DNA of 64,000 bases from Octopus sinensis (GCF_006345805.1 NC_042998.1:144646001-144710000), one strand, 5' to 3'. Shown: positions 14,070-27,747, counted from the stretch's first letter. The notes: a model not told the origin generated them from the letters alone. Numbers and translations are program-made.

Positions 14070-15193
14070 CTAAAACAGTAATGTAATAAAATAATAAAAA
14101 TATTTAAATTATCTCATGCATAGTTGAAAATTATATGGTAGTCATCACCACCATCATTGTTTTAATGACCAATTTTCTATGCATGCATGGAATGAACAGC
14201 ATTTTTTGCAGCAAATTTTCTATGATTGGATGCTTTTCCTGTTACAAACCATCACCTGTTAAGCAAGGTATAATATTTCTCCTTGTCCAGACAAGTGTAT
14301 GCAGAATAGTGGTAATTAACAACACTGCTTGTATGACAGTAATACAAGCAATGTCAAAACAAAGAGACACAAACACACGACAGGCTTCTTTCAGTTTCCA
14401 CTCATCAAGTTCACTAACAAGGCTTTGGTCAGCACAGGGCATTAGAAGACATTTGCCCCAAATGGAATTGAACTTGAAATCATGTGGTTGGGAAGCAAAC
14501 ATCTTAACTATACAATCATGCCTGAACTTAATCTACATTAATTTAGGAGTTGATATATGACTTCAAGAATCATGTCTGAATGTGTAACTGAATCATTCAT
14601 TTTTATATCCATTTTTCTATGATAGCACAAGTTAGGCAAATATATTATCCAGGCATTATTTTACAGCTAGATACCCTTCTCGTTAATCTTCACTTGCTTT
14701 TCAAATTAGGGGTCTCTTATTTTACATATCTTCAAAGGAGCAAAAATCCTGGAAGACTTATTGACATAAGAAGTAACAGAATCAATGTCTCTAGCTTGCA
14801 AAATTTGAAGAAGAATAGGTGAACAAGTATTTAAATACACTTACACACACAGTTTAACTCAATACACAAGCCACACACCATCATACACACACCCACAGAA
14901 GCACATAATATCTGAACACAGACAATATATACTCCCATAAAAGCACATAATACCTGAACAAAATAGTGCTAAACTTTATTACCACTGACTAGAAATTTTG
15001 TATGAAGTAAACAAACAAAAGAATGAATCATATGCATCTTTTTCCTTAAATTTCATTATTTCAATTTCAAATTCCTAATCTTGTTCTGAATTACAACAAT
15101 ATGATTATATCTCCTTATAATAAATGTTACAGTTAAAAGACCACAGTAAGTTTTAAATATGAAGCAATTAATACAAGGAAAAAAAGGTGTTAC

Positions 15194-15334
15194 CTGTAGA
15201 AGTTCCATAACTCTTTCTAAGTCAACCTTTTCTCCAAATATCAGTTCAAACTTATCCATTGCTTCTTGCCAGTTATCTTTGATCTTCCGATTCTCCTCAC
15301 GTAGATGGTCCAATTCTACCGCCTGTTTTGAGCA
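15194..15334 (-). CDS. CIT: CIT coiled-coil exon (CSKQAVELDHLREENRK...ERVMELLQ)
   Basis: tattag acceptor, gtaaca donor, 141 nt, phase 0-0. Confidence 0.9.
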
Positions 15335-15465
15335 CTAATAGCAGAAAGTAGGAGTAAAAAGTAAGAGAGGAGTCAACCTTAGTATGATAATATGTCTATT
15401 GTTAAAGGCTGATTAAAAAGTAGAATAAATGTCACTAAAACTTCAAAAATCTCAAGCAAACCTAC

Positions 15466-15570
15466 CAGTTCCTTCAACTGAGATTCGTATTCTTTATTGT
15501 TACACAGTGATTGCTTCATTTCAGTTTTCTCGTTGTCCAGCTTTGACCCTCTTTTCTCAGCAACAGATAG
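15466..15570 (-). CDS. CIT: CIT coiled-coil exon (LSVAEKRGSKLDNEK...ESQLKEL)
   Basis: ttttag acceptor, gtaggt donor, 105 nt, phase 0-0. Confidence 0.88.
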
Positions 15571-16056
15571 CTAAAACAGAACGATATTAATGCACAATCT
15601 TTAAGTAAAGACTTAAATACTTGTGAATTTCTCATCAGAGCAAAGAATGAGATTAATGAAGGAAATACAGAATACAGCAGAAAAACCTCCTGTATATTAC
15701 ATGGTTATTAGTGTGGTGCAAGTGAAGTTAGGTAAGTGATAATGGTGTTTACAAAGCTACTGCTTTAGCATTTTAAAATTTTTTTATAAGTCATCATGGT
15801 TTGGACCAGTGCATACCATGTATTTGCTGTAAACCTGCAAATTTTCTTGCCAAGTTTCAAGTACTGCATGACTGGCCCATGTGCTGGTGGCATCCAAAAA
15901 GCACCCACTACACACTCGGAGTGGTTGATGTTAGGGAGGGCATCCAGCTGTAGAAACTTTGCCAGATCAGATTGGTGCCTGGCGTAGCTTGCCAGTCCTC
16001 AGTCAAACTATCCAACCCATGCCAGTATAGATAGCGGACATTAAATGATGATGATG

Positions 16057-16060
<4 letters not shown>

Positions 16061-16105
<45 letters not shown>

Positions 16106-17584
16106 GTGTGTGTGTGTGTGTGTGTATATAAATATATATATATGTATGTATGTGTGTATATAAATATATATATATGTATGTGCATATATATATATATATC
16201 GGCAAGACTAGTCAGGCCATAACCCATGGCCCCTACCTGGGACGTAGTCAGTCCACCTGTGCATACCTTCCTTCTTGTGACACTTGTGAAGACCTGTTGA
16301 GGCAAGTGAAAATCAATCAAAACAAATCAAAATAGATGAACATCAATGGAATTTGTATCCTTGTGGTACCAGTGCCGGTGACACGTGGCACACAAGAAAA
16401 CCATCCGAACGTGGCCGTAGCCAGTACCGCATCGACTGGCCTCCGTGCTGTGGGCACGTAACAAGCACCATCCGATCGTGGCCGTTTTGCCAGCCTCATC
16501 TGGCACCTGTGTCGGTGGCACATAAAAACACCATCCGAGCGTGGCCGTCTGCCAGCCTCGTCTGGCACCTGTGTCGGTGGCACATAAAAAACACCATCCG
16601 AGCGTGGCTGTTTGCCAGCCTCGTCTGGCACCTGTGTCGGTGGCACATAAAATCACCCACTACACTCTCGGAGTGGTTGGCGTTAGGAAGGGCATCCAGC
16701 TGTAGAAACACTGCCAGATCTGACTGGACTGGTGCAGCTTTCGGGCTCCCCAGACCCCAGTTGAACCGTCCAACCCATGCTAGCATGGAAAGCGGACGTT
16801 AAATGATGATGATGATGATGTATATATATATGTATATATATATATATATTATATATATATATATATATCTGTGTGTGTGTGTGTGTGTGTATATAATATA
16901 TATATATGTATGTATGTGTGTATATAAATATATATATATGTATGTGCATATATATATATATATCGGCAAGACTAGTCAGGCCATAACCCATGGCCCCTAC
17001 CTGGGACGTAGTCAGTCCACCTGTGCATACCTTCCTTCTTGTGACACTTGTGAAGACCTGTTGAGGCAAGTGAAAATCAATCAAAACAAATCAAAATAGA
17101 TGAACATCAATGGAATTTGTATCCTTGTGGTACCAGTGCCGGTGACACGTGGCACACAAGAAAACCATCCGAACGTGGCCGTAGCCAGTACCGCATCGAC
17201 TGGCCTCCGTGCTGTGGGCACGTAACAAGCACCATCCGATCGTGGCCGTTTTGCCAGCCTCATCTGGCACCTGTGTCGGTGGCACATAAAAACACCATCC
17301 GAGCGTGGCCGTCTGCCAGCCTCGTCTGGCACCTGTGTCGGTGGCACATAAAAACACCATCCGAGCGTGGCTGTTTGCCAGCCTCGTCTGGCACCTGTGT
17401 CGGTGGCACATAAAATCACCCACTACACTCTCGGAGTGGTTGGCGTTAGGAAGGGCATCCAGCTGTAGAAACACTGCCAGATCTGACTGGACTGGTGCAG
17501 CTTTCGGGCTCCCCAGACCCCAGTTGAACCGTCCAACCCATGCTAGCATGGAAAGCGGACGTTAAATGATGATGATGATGATGT
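16061..17584 (+). repeat. Tandem duplication of a 764-bp unit (microsatellite plus composite SINE with internal 52-53-bp repeats)
   Basis: 16191-16820 and 16955-17584 are identical except for one A in a homopolymer; the ORF track is duplicated at offset 764. Confidence 0.92.
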
Positions 17585-18399
17585 ATATATATATGTATAT
17601 ATATATATATATATATATGCATACACACACACACATATATACAGACACATACACACACACATATACATGCACATACTTTCACTCATGTGTGGCTTAGTGG
17701 TTAATGTATTCAGCTGATGATCATAAGGTTGTGAGTTTGATTACTGGTGGTGCATTGTATCCTTGAGTAAGACACTTTATTCCATGCTGCTCCCATTCAC
17801 TCAGCTGACAAAATTGAGTAGTACCTGTATTTCAATGGGTCAGCTTTGTCATACTCTGTATCATGCTGAATCTCTCTGAGAACTACGTTGTATGCCTGCC
17901 TGCAGAGTGCTCAGCCACTTGCATGTTAACATCACAAGCAGGCTGTTCTGTAGATTGGGTCAACTGGAACCCTTGTTGTCATAACTGATGGAGTGCCAGG
18001 AAAAAAGTGTGTGTGTGTGTGTACACACACACACCTTTTCTGTTGCAGTCACAGTTCTTGAAATCTTAAAGTTAAGTGAAAATTTTCAAATTTTGTATAC
18101 TGATGTAATTTTTCATGCTGAATCTGACTTATTTTCTTGTTTCATAAAATTTTTTTTTAAATGTTGCAGAAGTTTGATAATTTTTACCCACTCAGAAAAC
18201 AGGATTTGGATGCTGGCATTTTCTGTGTGATAACTTCTTTTACATTATGATAATTTTTTATTTAACAAAATGAAAGTTTGAGATACCCTCTAGGAGTTTC
18301 TCAAACAAATTACAATTTTTACATCCCCATCACCACACAAATTCTATGGAAAGACAGGTCCCGCAGTATCCTTTATTTGTTTTACACTGTTATATAATC

Positions 18400-19240
18400 A
18401 TCAGTTTTAGGAATGTGAGAGTAAGCCTTCCACAAGTCAGTAAAACTGTGGTTCCTGGAAAAACTGAGTGACATATGTATTCCACTAGTATCACAATTTC
18501 TGCCATGGCACCACATAAAGAAGAATATGTCTGGTTTGATGACACACTCCTTTGAAAACTCACTACTCAGGTTGCAAGCACTCTTCTTTTGTTGTATTTA
18601 CATCTTGAGAAGACTGTTTCATCTATCTCAGCAATTTTCCCCAGACTGCTTATCTGAACTGAGTTGCAGAGCAGGCCCTCCACACATATTTCACAAAAAT
18701 AGCAGGCGTAATTAACAGCTGTATAATGGCTCATTTCCACTTCTTCAACACAAAATGAGACTGGAGTCAATTTCTTGATAGCATGTGTAAGGGAAAAGCA
18801 GTACAGTCCTAAGAGGAAGGATGCTAGTTTCCAACCATGCATCTTTTAGAAAAGATGCACACTTTTTCTAAAAGACACACACTTGTTGCATCTTTTTTGG
18901 GAGTACCGCCAGTAAATTTTCCTATGAAGCATCCTCTTTTTTTCTTTAGGGAGAATACCCTTCTCTTGCAAGTAAGAAACTGCATCTTTCTCGGTTTTCA
19001 ATTTCTCCATCATATTCAAAAGATTAAATGAGTTGGCTTTGGTTAAACTTCTATTTACATTGAAAAGGCTCACAGAAAAAAAAAGTTTAAAATAATGAAA
19101 ATAAGGCAGTGACAGGACAACTGAAAATATTTTTTTTTTTTTTTTTTTTTGAGAAATGCATGAGGTAGTACAAACATTCAGAAGGTAGGCACTCACAGAA
19201 AATAGACAGGTAAAGTAAATACATGTGACTGTAGAAGTTT
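18400..19240 (-). mobile_element. Merlin (IS1595/ISXO2-like DDE) transposase remnant
   Basis: Fragments MEKLKTEKDAVSYLQEKGILP, TAVNYACYFCEIC and ISSLGKIAEIDETVFSRCKYNKRR match the Merlin G..VEIDES.F..RKYN.GR motif; frameshifted; boundaries approximate. Confidence 0.75.
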
Positions 19241-20347
19241 TAAGTTGATAACAGTTTGGCTTATGGGAATAGGCACCAATGTGTTTGTGGATGTCAACTG
19301 GCTAAAATTACCCAAAATTTGTAAACTTTAAAAGCTATTAACTTTTTATTTATTAATTTTTGGCAAAAGTGAATTTCATTTCCATAATTAGCATACGAAA
19401 CTACATCAGTACACCAAATTTGAAAACATTTGGAACAAAATAAAAAAAAGAAAAACTGACAGTAACAAAAAAGATCCATATGTTTATAACCGTTGGTCTA
19501 TATTTACATAGTATTAGATAAATCTGACACAACTACTTTTACTTACATTTAGTACAAGAGTCTGAGCAGTGTTTTCGAAACTATACTTGTGACACAGCAA
19601 ATATCCATCTGTCTTCAAAAGTTTTTACATAACTCTTGGTCATCTATTCTAATCAAAAGTGAACCCACCACACCATCTACTTTCCAAATCTAATTGGATA
19701 AGCAATACACATCATGAACTTCATTTAGGAAGCACCATATTCTCAAGCTTAACTAACTCATGTTTTACATAAGAATTTAGACACTTCAAGAGAATGTGTA
19801 TATAATGGGTTAAAAAAACCCTTTGGATCGAAAAACTTGAAGGGTGCTGATGGGACACAAATTCATGTCTGTAAACATGACATGTTAGCCTTTGATTTTT
19901 ACTATGCAAAGGGTTTTTTAATCTAATATATACATGCTGTTATTTATAGCTTTATCTAACTTGAGTTCCACAAGCAAAAAGAAACTGTTTAATATTTTTC
20001 TCATTCATTTTTTACCACCTCCTCCTTGGATGTTTTTACTGGAGTCCTCTATATAACAAGCATTTTGGGCCAGGCCACCAATTTGAGGTTACCTTCCTCT
20101 CTCCTTTTCACTAGTCTCAAAGGACCTGTAAAGGGTCATGGACACTGTCTTTCCCAAGGACTAAAAGATATTAATAATCCTCTTATTTTGGCACAAGTCC
20201 AGCAAATTTGGAGTTGTGAAGTTGATTACATCAATGACAGTGCTCAACTGAATAGTAACATTATAGTTTATCAAAAAAAAAAAAAAAAATCACTTTGTTA
20301 CAACATGAAGTCACAAACTTTAAAAAAAACGTAAGAAATAACAGTAC

Positions 20348-20483
20348 TTGGTGAAAGCATTTGTTTAGTTTCTTTTTGGCTTCTTCAAGCTGACATCGCA
20401 ATCCATTAATTTCATCTATGTAGTCAGATTTATTAGTGTTCAGCTTTTGTGTCAGAGAATTTAGAATGTTGGTATCTGCATCT
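20348..20483 (-). CDS. CIT: CIT coiled-coil exon (DADTNILNSLTQKLN...KKKLNKCFHQ)
   Basis: ctttcag acceptor, gtactg donor, 136 nt, phase 2 to 0. Confidence 0.82.
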
Positions 20484-21097
20484 CTGAAAGTAATAAGACA
20501 ACAAGATATACCAAAGAAATTGTTTTGTCATAAATTACAGCATACTACAGGTCTAACAATTACATGTGTAAATGTATTATATTTACCAAAGTCATTTACA
20601 AATGAAACAAAAATTAGCAAGACTTACCTTCCCATGATTTGAAAATGGCAGCAACAAAAATTATATATAATAGATAATTCGCAATCTTTTAATTCAAATC
20701 ATTATCATTGTTTTAACATCCACTCTTCCATGCTTGATGGAGTTTACTGAAGCAAGGTTTCTGTAGCAGGATGTCCTTCTTGTCACCAACCTGCACTTGA
20801 TTCCTAGCAAGGCAATATTTCTCCATGCCCAAATACATTCTCATAGAGAATTGGAAACAAATGATATTGGTTCTATGACAATAACAATTATTTACAATTA
20901 TCACACAATGTCAAGATAAAGAGACACAAATAGTTACACACACAATTTCCACCACCTGTCAAATCCACTCACAAGTCTTAGGTCAGCCAGAAGCTATAGA
21001 CACTTGCCCAATGTATCATGCAAGGGGATTGAACATGAAATCATGTGACTAGGAAGCAAAGTTCTTTGTCAAGTGGCTGAATGAAGCTCACTATATA

Positions 21098-21289
21098 CAG
21101 AGTGGGCCAAAAGTCATGCATAAAATAAGTCCCATACACTGCAGAATATTGTCAAAGACAATGCTTCAATTGTTCTAAAATTGAATAAATGGAATAATGA
21201 TGAATATACATATGCTTGTACATGAACAAAATGAACATAATATAAATAAAATGTTAAATATTTTGCTGTATGACTTTTGGCCCACCGTG
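21098..21289. mobile_element. Tc1/mariner-type MITE
   Basis: TA|CAGAGTGGGCCAAAAGTCAT ... ATGACTTTTGGCCCACCGTG imperfect TIRs. Confidence 0.7.
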
Positions 21290-22543
21290 TGTGTGTGTTT
21301 TTTGTACCCTTGTCTTGACATCATGTGATGGTTGTAAATGAGCATCAGCATCATACAAGATACACTGCTCATTTCCAATGTTCTGTGGAAAGCCTGTTTG
21401 GCCATGGAAAAATATTACCTTGCTTGGAAACAGGAAGGACATTTGGTTGCTTCAACTAATTCTGTCCAACCCATGCAAGCATGGAAAAGGGGATGGTGGT
21501 TTTCATTGATGATGATGTCTGCAATAAGGGTTTCGGATATTTGAGAGTCCGTGAAATAAGAATCTGGATTACCAGTAAGTTCACTATAGTTTCTGTCAGT
21601 GGACTGTGCGTCGATTATATGTGTATATGTATGCATGCACATATATAACCATTGATGGTTATATTTGCCCTCTATCACAAATCAGTATCCAGTATAGGTA
21701 ACCTCCTACTAGGGTGGGTCAAGACAGGTAATCAATCATAACTTTTATATGGATTGTGGATGAAATTTGTTTGGAATTGTCTAAGTATACATAATAGGTT
21801 TATGCTTCCATTGGAATACAGTAGGGATAATAAAATAAGCAAGGTCAGTATATTGTAAGATAACAGACAGTTTAGTAGCTTAAAGTAAAAGAAAAGGATC
21901 TCACCAAAACAAAAGAATTGCATTATATATCAAACTGACATTACATTACTTCAATGCTTTAATAAGCACCCAAATGCTGTAAAGGATATCATCTATCTCC
22001 TTACACTTAACATTGTATTTCTACTACTGTCACTTATCACCTCCTTCTCCTTCCTGACCCACTCCTATTTCCTTTACTTACCCTCTCCCAATGTGATATT
22101 CACTGCCTGAACCTCAATCTCCATTTCTAATCATCTGCCATATTCCTTTCACACCCTAGCACACTCACCTATCCACCCACCCTTTCTGTTGATCTATTCC
22201 TATTCTCTCTTTTGTATTTATCTTGTATTTTGAGGGTGCACCCTCATATCAATCAATCAATCTCTTTCTCTCCAGATAGGGAAGCCATATATTTCTTCTT
22301 CAGCAAGGCAACTGTTCCAGTCTCTCTGTCATACAATTACCTTCTTCAAAAATGTAACCCACACTCAGTTAAGGAGTCTTGCTTGACAAGTACTTGGTAG
22401 CCTCTTTAGTGCCAGTACCATGAAAAATGCACCCAATAAACTCTGTGAAGTGGTTGGTGTTAGGAATGGCATCCCTAGAAACCATACCAAAGCAGATACT
22501 GGAGCTCAGCAAAGCACTCTGGTTCTCTCTCCTGTTGAATCAT

Positions 22544-25085
22544 TGTTGTGTGAGAGTATGACGCCCCCTGGCAAGAATGGACTGGACCACTACATATAAA
22601 TAGTAGCAGTCTGAGTAAGTGAGGTAGTTTGGAGTTCACAGTTCGACTTAGCGTGTTGGATTGTTAGTTCTTAAAAGATTGTTGTCACGTTCTGTGTGGT
22701 TACTGCCGTTTCTTTCAATTATATTGTTATTACACTGTTGCAGTGTATTCGTTTATCTATAAGGATATAACATCTGCTGACGAGGATTTTTGAAACCCAC
22801 ATTGGTTATTTGACAATTTCTGTGTCATGGAAAACCTATTAGCTGCTATAGTACAGCTTCAAGAGAAGCAATAGGAACAACTACAGGAGTTGCAAAAACA
22901 AATACAACAACAACAATTAATTGAGTTACAGTTGGCGAAGTCCGAAAATCCAGTAAGCATGTTTACGCCAGACAGTGTGGATAACACAATTTCTGAATTT
23001 ACATATAATCTGGAGGAGGGTATTAGATTTCCCACATATTATAGAAGATAGGAAGAAATTCCTAACAATGAGTGCAAGTCATGGTCAGAGGAGTAGAAAG
23101 TAAGGCTTTTACAATGCAAGGTAGCTCCTGCTGAACAAGAGCGTTACTGTAACTTTATTCTGTCCCAAATGTTGAGTGAGATTGGTTTCCAAGAAACTGT
23201 GGAACTGCTTTCAAAAATTTTTGGTGACAGAAGTTCATTTTTCAACACCAGAATGGAGGGTTAGAACTTAACAAAAAAATGAGGAAGAGGATTTTATCAC
23301 CTACACTGGAGTAGTCAACCATATGTGCAAAAATTTCAAACTCCAGGATCTCACTCAGGATATGTTCAAATCACTTATCTTTGTGCAAGGGCTCATAGCA
23401 CCTGAAGATAGAGAAATTCAGGCAAGGATTCTCTCAAATATAGAGCAAAAACCCAGGTTTTATTTCAACAGACCACTGCAGAAGAATGACAGACTAGGGT
23501 TAATCTTAAACATGATGTGAAAAAAATACAAGATAAAAACTCTGCAAAAATTCAAATAAGTCGTCCAAGGAAGTACAATAAAAAAAAGTGTCAGGCCCCA
23601 ATCTATGCTATGGTTGTGGAGGCCCACACTGCAAAAAGATTGTCTGTTTAAAAACAAAAAGTGCTATAGTTGTCAGAAGCTGAGACACAGGAGTTCTAAG
23701 GTATTTTCAGCAGAGAGTGATTGCAGTGGAAAAACAAGAAAATTTGTGCATGTAAAGATGAATGATGTGAATACCAAGTTACAGTTACACATCTCAATAA
23801 TAAATGCGGAAAGTGAGTTCACCACTGTAACGTACATCAGTGTTGCATAACCAGCCCACTCAAAAGTATCTTGGATCGTAGGGCAACATACTGTGCTTGA
23901 GGAGACCTACTGAGTCAAGTACATCAAAATCAAATGGATATTGTAGTTGTCATCCCTGTGCCAGTGGCTTGTAAAAAGCACCAAAGCTCCATTGAAATGT
24001 GGACGATGCCAGCCTGCCTTGACTGGCTTCCATGCCAATGGCATGTAAAAAACACCAACTGATCATGGTCATTGCCAGCCTCCACTGACCACTCTGCCAG
24101 TGGCACATAAAAAGCACCCACTATACTCTCAGAGTGGTTGGCATTAGGAAGAGCATCCAGTTGTAGATCAGACTGGAGCCTGGTGCAGCCTCCTGGCTTC
24201 CCAGACCCCAGTTGAACTGTCCAACACATGTTGGCATGGAAAACGGACGTTAAACAATGATGATGATACTTGGAAAAACATTGGTAAACCGAGAGTATGT
24301 AAAACAGCGAAAATAGCACATGCTGTAATGGGTGATAAATTATATTTCATGGGCAAAACATGTATTGACATCACATTTTGAGGAGAGACATGCGAAGCAA
24401 AATTATTCGTTGTGGATAATACAATCAATCTGTTTGGCACAGATTGGTTAGAACTATTCGATAACACCTCCTCATAATATCTTTACTGCAATAACATAAA
24501 TGGTTGCCCTGTTAAAAACAAGTCTTCAGAAGAACTGAAGAAAAAATTGAATAAAATGTTCCCGCAAGTGTTATCAGAAGATTTAGGTCTATGTAGAAAA
24601 ACAAAAGTCTATTTCCAAGAAAGTGAAAATGTTGTATCTGTATTTAAAGCAAACAGAAAAGTACCGGTCATGGCAACTGAAACCATAAATGAAGAGTCGG
24701 ACAGACTTGAAAAGAGTGGAGTCATCAAAAAAGTAGATCACTCAAAGTGGGTGGCACCCATGGTATATATTAAAAAATAAAAAATTTCTTTATCCCTTTG
24801 GAACAAAAGGGGGGATGTTGTATGAGAGTATGATGCCCCTTGGTGAGAATTGACTGGACTGCTACATATAAATAGCAGTGGTCTGAGTAAGTGAGGTGGT
24901 TCATGCTAGTTCCACAGTTCATGTGTTGATATTTCAAAGTTGGAGTTCAAAGTTCACAGTTTGAGTTCGTGTGTTGGATTGTTGTTTCTTAAAAGATTGT
25001 TATGTTCCATGTTGTTACTGCCGTTTGTTTTGATTTATATTATTACACTGTTGTAGTGTATTTGTTTATCCATAAGGATATAACA
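22544..25085 (+). mobile_element. Internally deleted Ty3/Gypsy (Mag-like) LTR retrotransposon
   Basis: LTRs 22544-22772 and 24816-25085 (TG...CA); PBS-like tctgctgacgagga; decayed gag from ATG 22827 with CCHC knuckles; protease remnant; RT start (DRLEKSGVIKKVDHSKWVAPMV); PPT aaaagggggga; TSD atcat/accat; SINE inserted at about 23807-24265. Confidence 0.9.
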
Positions 25086-25839
25086 ACCATCCACCCTATA
25101 CCAGCATGGAAAAAAAAAAAGACATTGAAGAATGATGATGATGTAAGTAAGAAAGAAAGAAGAAAAAAAACACAAAGAGACTCCTCTACTTTTCTATAAA
25201 AACTAATCAGCAACATCTAATTTTCAATAGATGTAGTGAAATTGTTATTATTAGGTGGTGGAGGAAATCTACAGGTAGTGCTCCAGCATGTTCCATGACT
25301 GAAACAAGTAAAAGATAAAAGAGAGGCACAGTTGTAGCTGTGTGGTAAGAAGCTTACTTCTGGAGCTGGAGCATTGCCTAAGGGAAGTGTACAGCCTGGT
25401 CTGGGAGGAGGGGCTTTGTGTATAGGATTTATATATATTATATGTAACTATTGAACTATGTTGTTGTTTGTAATGGACTGTTAAGTCCAAAAATTGAAAA
25501 GTTGTAAGAGGTTTAATAATCTCGTTCTGTGTTTGGTTTTAAAGAACAATGTTTTAGAGAAGCAAAAGTCAGTGGGTGCTTTTTGTCTTCTCCCATCCTT
25601 ATCATCTTTGTTTCATTATCATTCATCTCATTAATGTCCTTGTCCAGCCCGCAAAGCTACTTTATTCTATGTACTGCCTTTATGGCAAATATAATGAAAT
25701 AAAGAAGCTTACTTCTCAATCACATTGTCCTGGGTTCACTCCCACTGCGTGGCACCTTGGGCAAGTGTTTTCTACTGTAGCCTTAGGCCACCCAAAGCCT
25801 TGAGAGTGGATTTGATAGATGGATTGTGAAAGAAACTGG

Positions 25840-25841
<2 letters not shown>

Positions 25842-25888
<47 letters not shown>
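25842..25888. repeat. (AT)n microsatellite (another at 12836-12874)
   Basis: Direct reading of the sequence. Confidence 0.95.
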
Positions 25889-25891
<3 letters not shown>

Positions 25892-26696
25892 TCATCGTCG
25901 TTTAACGTCCGCTTTCCATGCTAGCATGGGTTATAAATCTAAGTGCGTGTGTGTGCATTTGTGTCTATTTGTCCCTCACCACTGCTTGACAAATTCTTCA
26001 AGGCAGTGCCCCAGCATGACCGCAGTCTAATGACTGAAACAAGTAAAAAAAATCTCTATATAACAATGACTGATATAGATCTTGGTTAGTTGGCTGATTC
26101 TCCCATCACGCTTCACATCTTAAAGAGAGAAGGGGAACAGAGAGCAAAAGAGAGATACAGAAACAATTAACATAAGAGGTGCAGGATATGAGTAAATGCT
26201 GAGATTGGTGGCAAGAGAGGAGGAGAGGGAATAAATGATGGAGTAGTTATGCAAATGAGAAATTTAATTTTATCTTATTTTAAGTTAGCCTATCTTTTAC
26301 TTGTTTCACTCATTGGACTGTAGCTATGCTGGGGCACTGCTTTGAAGGGCTTTGTTGAACAAATCAAGTCCTGTACTTTTTTAAGTTTGGTACTTATTGG
26401 GCTGCTTTTGTTGAACTGCTGAGTTACAAGGATGTAAACAAATCAAAACTAGTTGTCTAGTGGGGTGGGAGACAAACACAAAGGCACATCATCATCATTT
26501 AATCACTGCTTCCCTATATATATATATGAAGGGCTTCTACAGTTTCTGCCAACCAAATTCATTCACAAGGCATTGATTGGCTCAGGGCTGTAGTAAAAGA
26601 TACTCACCTAAGGTGCTGTGCAGTGCAACTGAACCCAAAGCCATGTGGTTGGAAAGCAAGCTTCTTAACCACACAACCAATATTTTTCCTTGGGAA

Positions 26697-26911
26697 GGCA
26701 GTGAGCTGGCAGAAACGTTATCACGCTGGGCAAAATGCTTAGTGGTATTTCGTCAGTCTTTACATTTTGAGTTCAAATTCCACCGAGGTTGACTTTGCAT
26801 TTCATCCTTTCAGGGATTGATAAATTAAGTACCAGTTGCGTACTGGGTCAATCTAATCAATTGACTCCCTCCCCCAAAATTTCAGGCCTTGTGCCTAGAG
26901 TAGAAAAGAAT
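26697..26911 (+). mobile_element. tRNA-derived SINE family 1 (exemplar; other copies at about 2490-2716, 9040-9275, 31760-32700, 37680-37900, 38270-38730, 59005-59430, 61450-61670)
   Basis: Head ggcagtgagctggcagaaacgttatcacg (A-box-like) and gagttcaaattcc (B-box-like); shared body catcctttcggggtcgataaa..aagtaccag. Confidence 0.8.
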
Positions 26912-27550
26912 ATTTTCCTTGGAAAATTAGTATCCATCATCGTTATTTAACATCTGTTTGCCATGCTGGCATGGGTTAGATGTTTGACTACAGATGGTAA
27001 ACTGGAGAGTGGCACCAGCTCCAGTCTGTTTTGGCTTGGTTTCCACAGCTGGATGTACACAAAGTATACTGGGTGCCTTTTAGATGTCAGGAGCATGACT
27101 GCCATTCATGTGTCACCGACACTGCCAACAACCACAATTTTACTTAGCTTGATGTGTCTTTTCAAGCACAGCAAAGCATTCATTTCATCATTTTGTATAA
27201 GCACCAAGAAATTTGATTAAAAAATAATTGAATTATAATGATTGTATGTCTGGTCATAATACTACCCAATGACACTAGAAAAAGAAAAAAAAAACCCAAA
27301 GAAACACACACACATAAAAAACTTGCCAATTTTTTCCTCAATAGTATAGCTGTTAATTACTGTTAAACAACGCTGAAATCTTTTTGATAACAAAGGGGAG
27401 GAAATCCTGATTCTTTTGAAAGGGTTCCCAAATTTAATTATCTCCAAGTCTTATCTCTTGAAGGTTTTACCATAGAAACAAACAGATGACAGCAAAATAA
27501 ATACACACACGCTTTCTTCTTTGTCTCAATGAATTTTGTCGTCATTTTAC

Positions 27551-27634
27551 CTTGCTATCATCTCTGCCTCAAGAAGCTTATCTGCATTCTGCACATCTCT
27601 GTCTTTTGATTTTAGAGTTTCTTCATAGCCATTC
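27551..27634 (-). CDS. CIT: CIT coiled-coil exon (NGYEETLKSKDRDVQNADKLLEAEMIA-R)
   Basis: tttcag acceptor, gtaaaa donor, 84 nt, phase 2-2. Confidence 0.88.
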
Positions 27635-27745
27635 CTGAAATTAAAACAAAATATAATAATATAAAATAAATATATACAAAAAGTAAACTAAGTTGGTTCA
27701 ATACAATGAATGGTATTAGTTATTTCTTTCAGATGACAGAAAAGA

Positions 27746-27747
<2 letters not shown>

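Noticed and set aside
16385-16650. Regularly spaced 52-53-bp repeats superficially like a CRISPR array
   Set aside because: The context is eukaryotic, there are no unique spacers, and the repeats are internal to a SINE/RTE 3'UTR.
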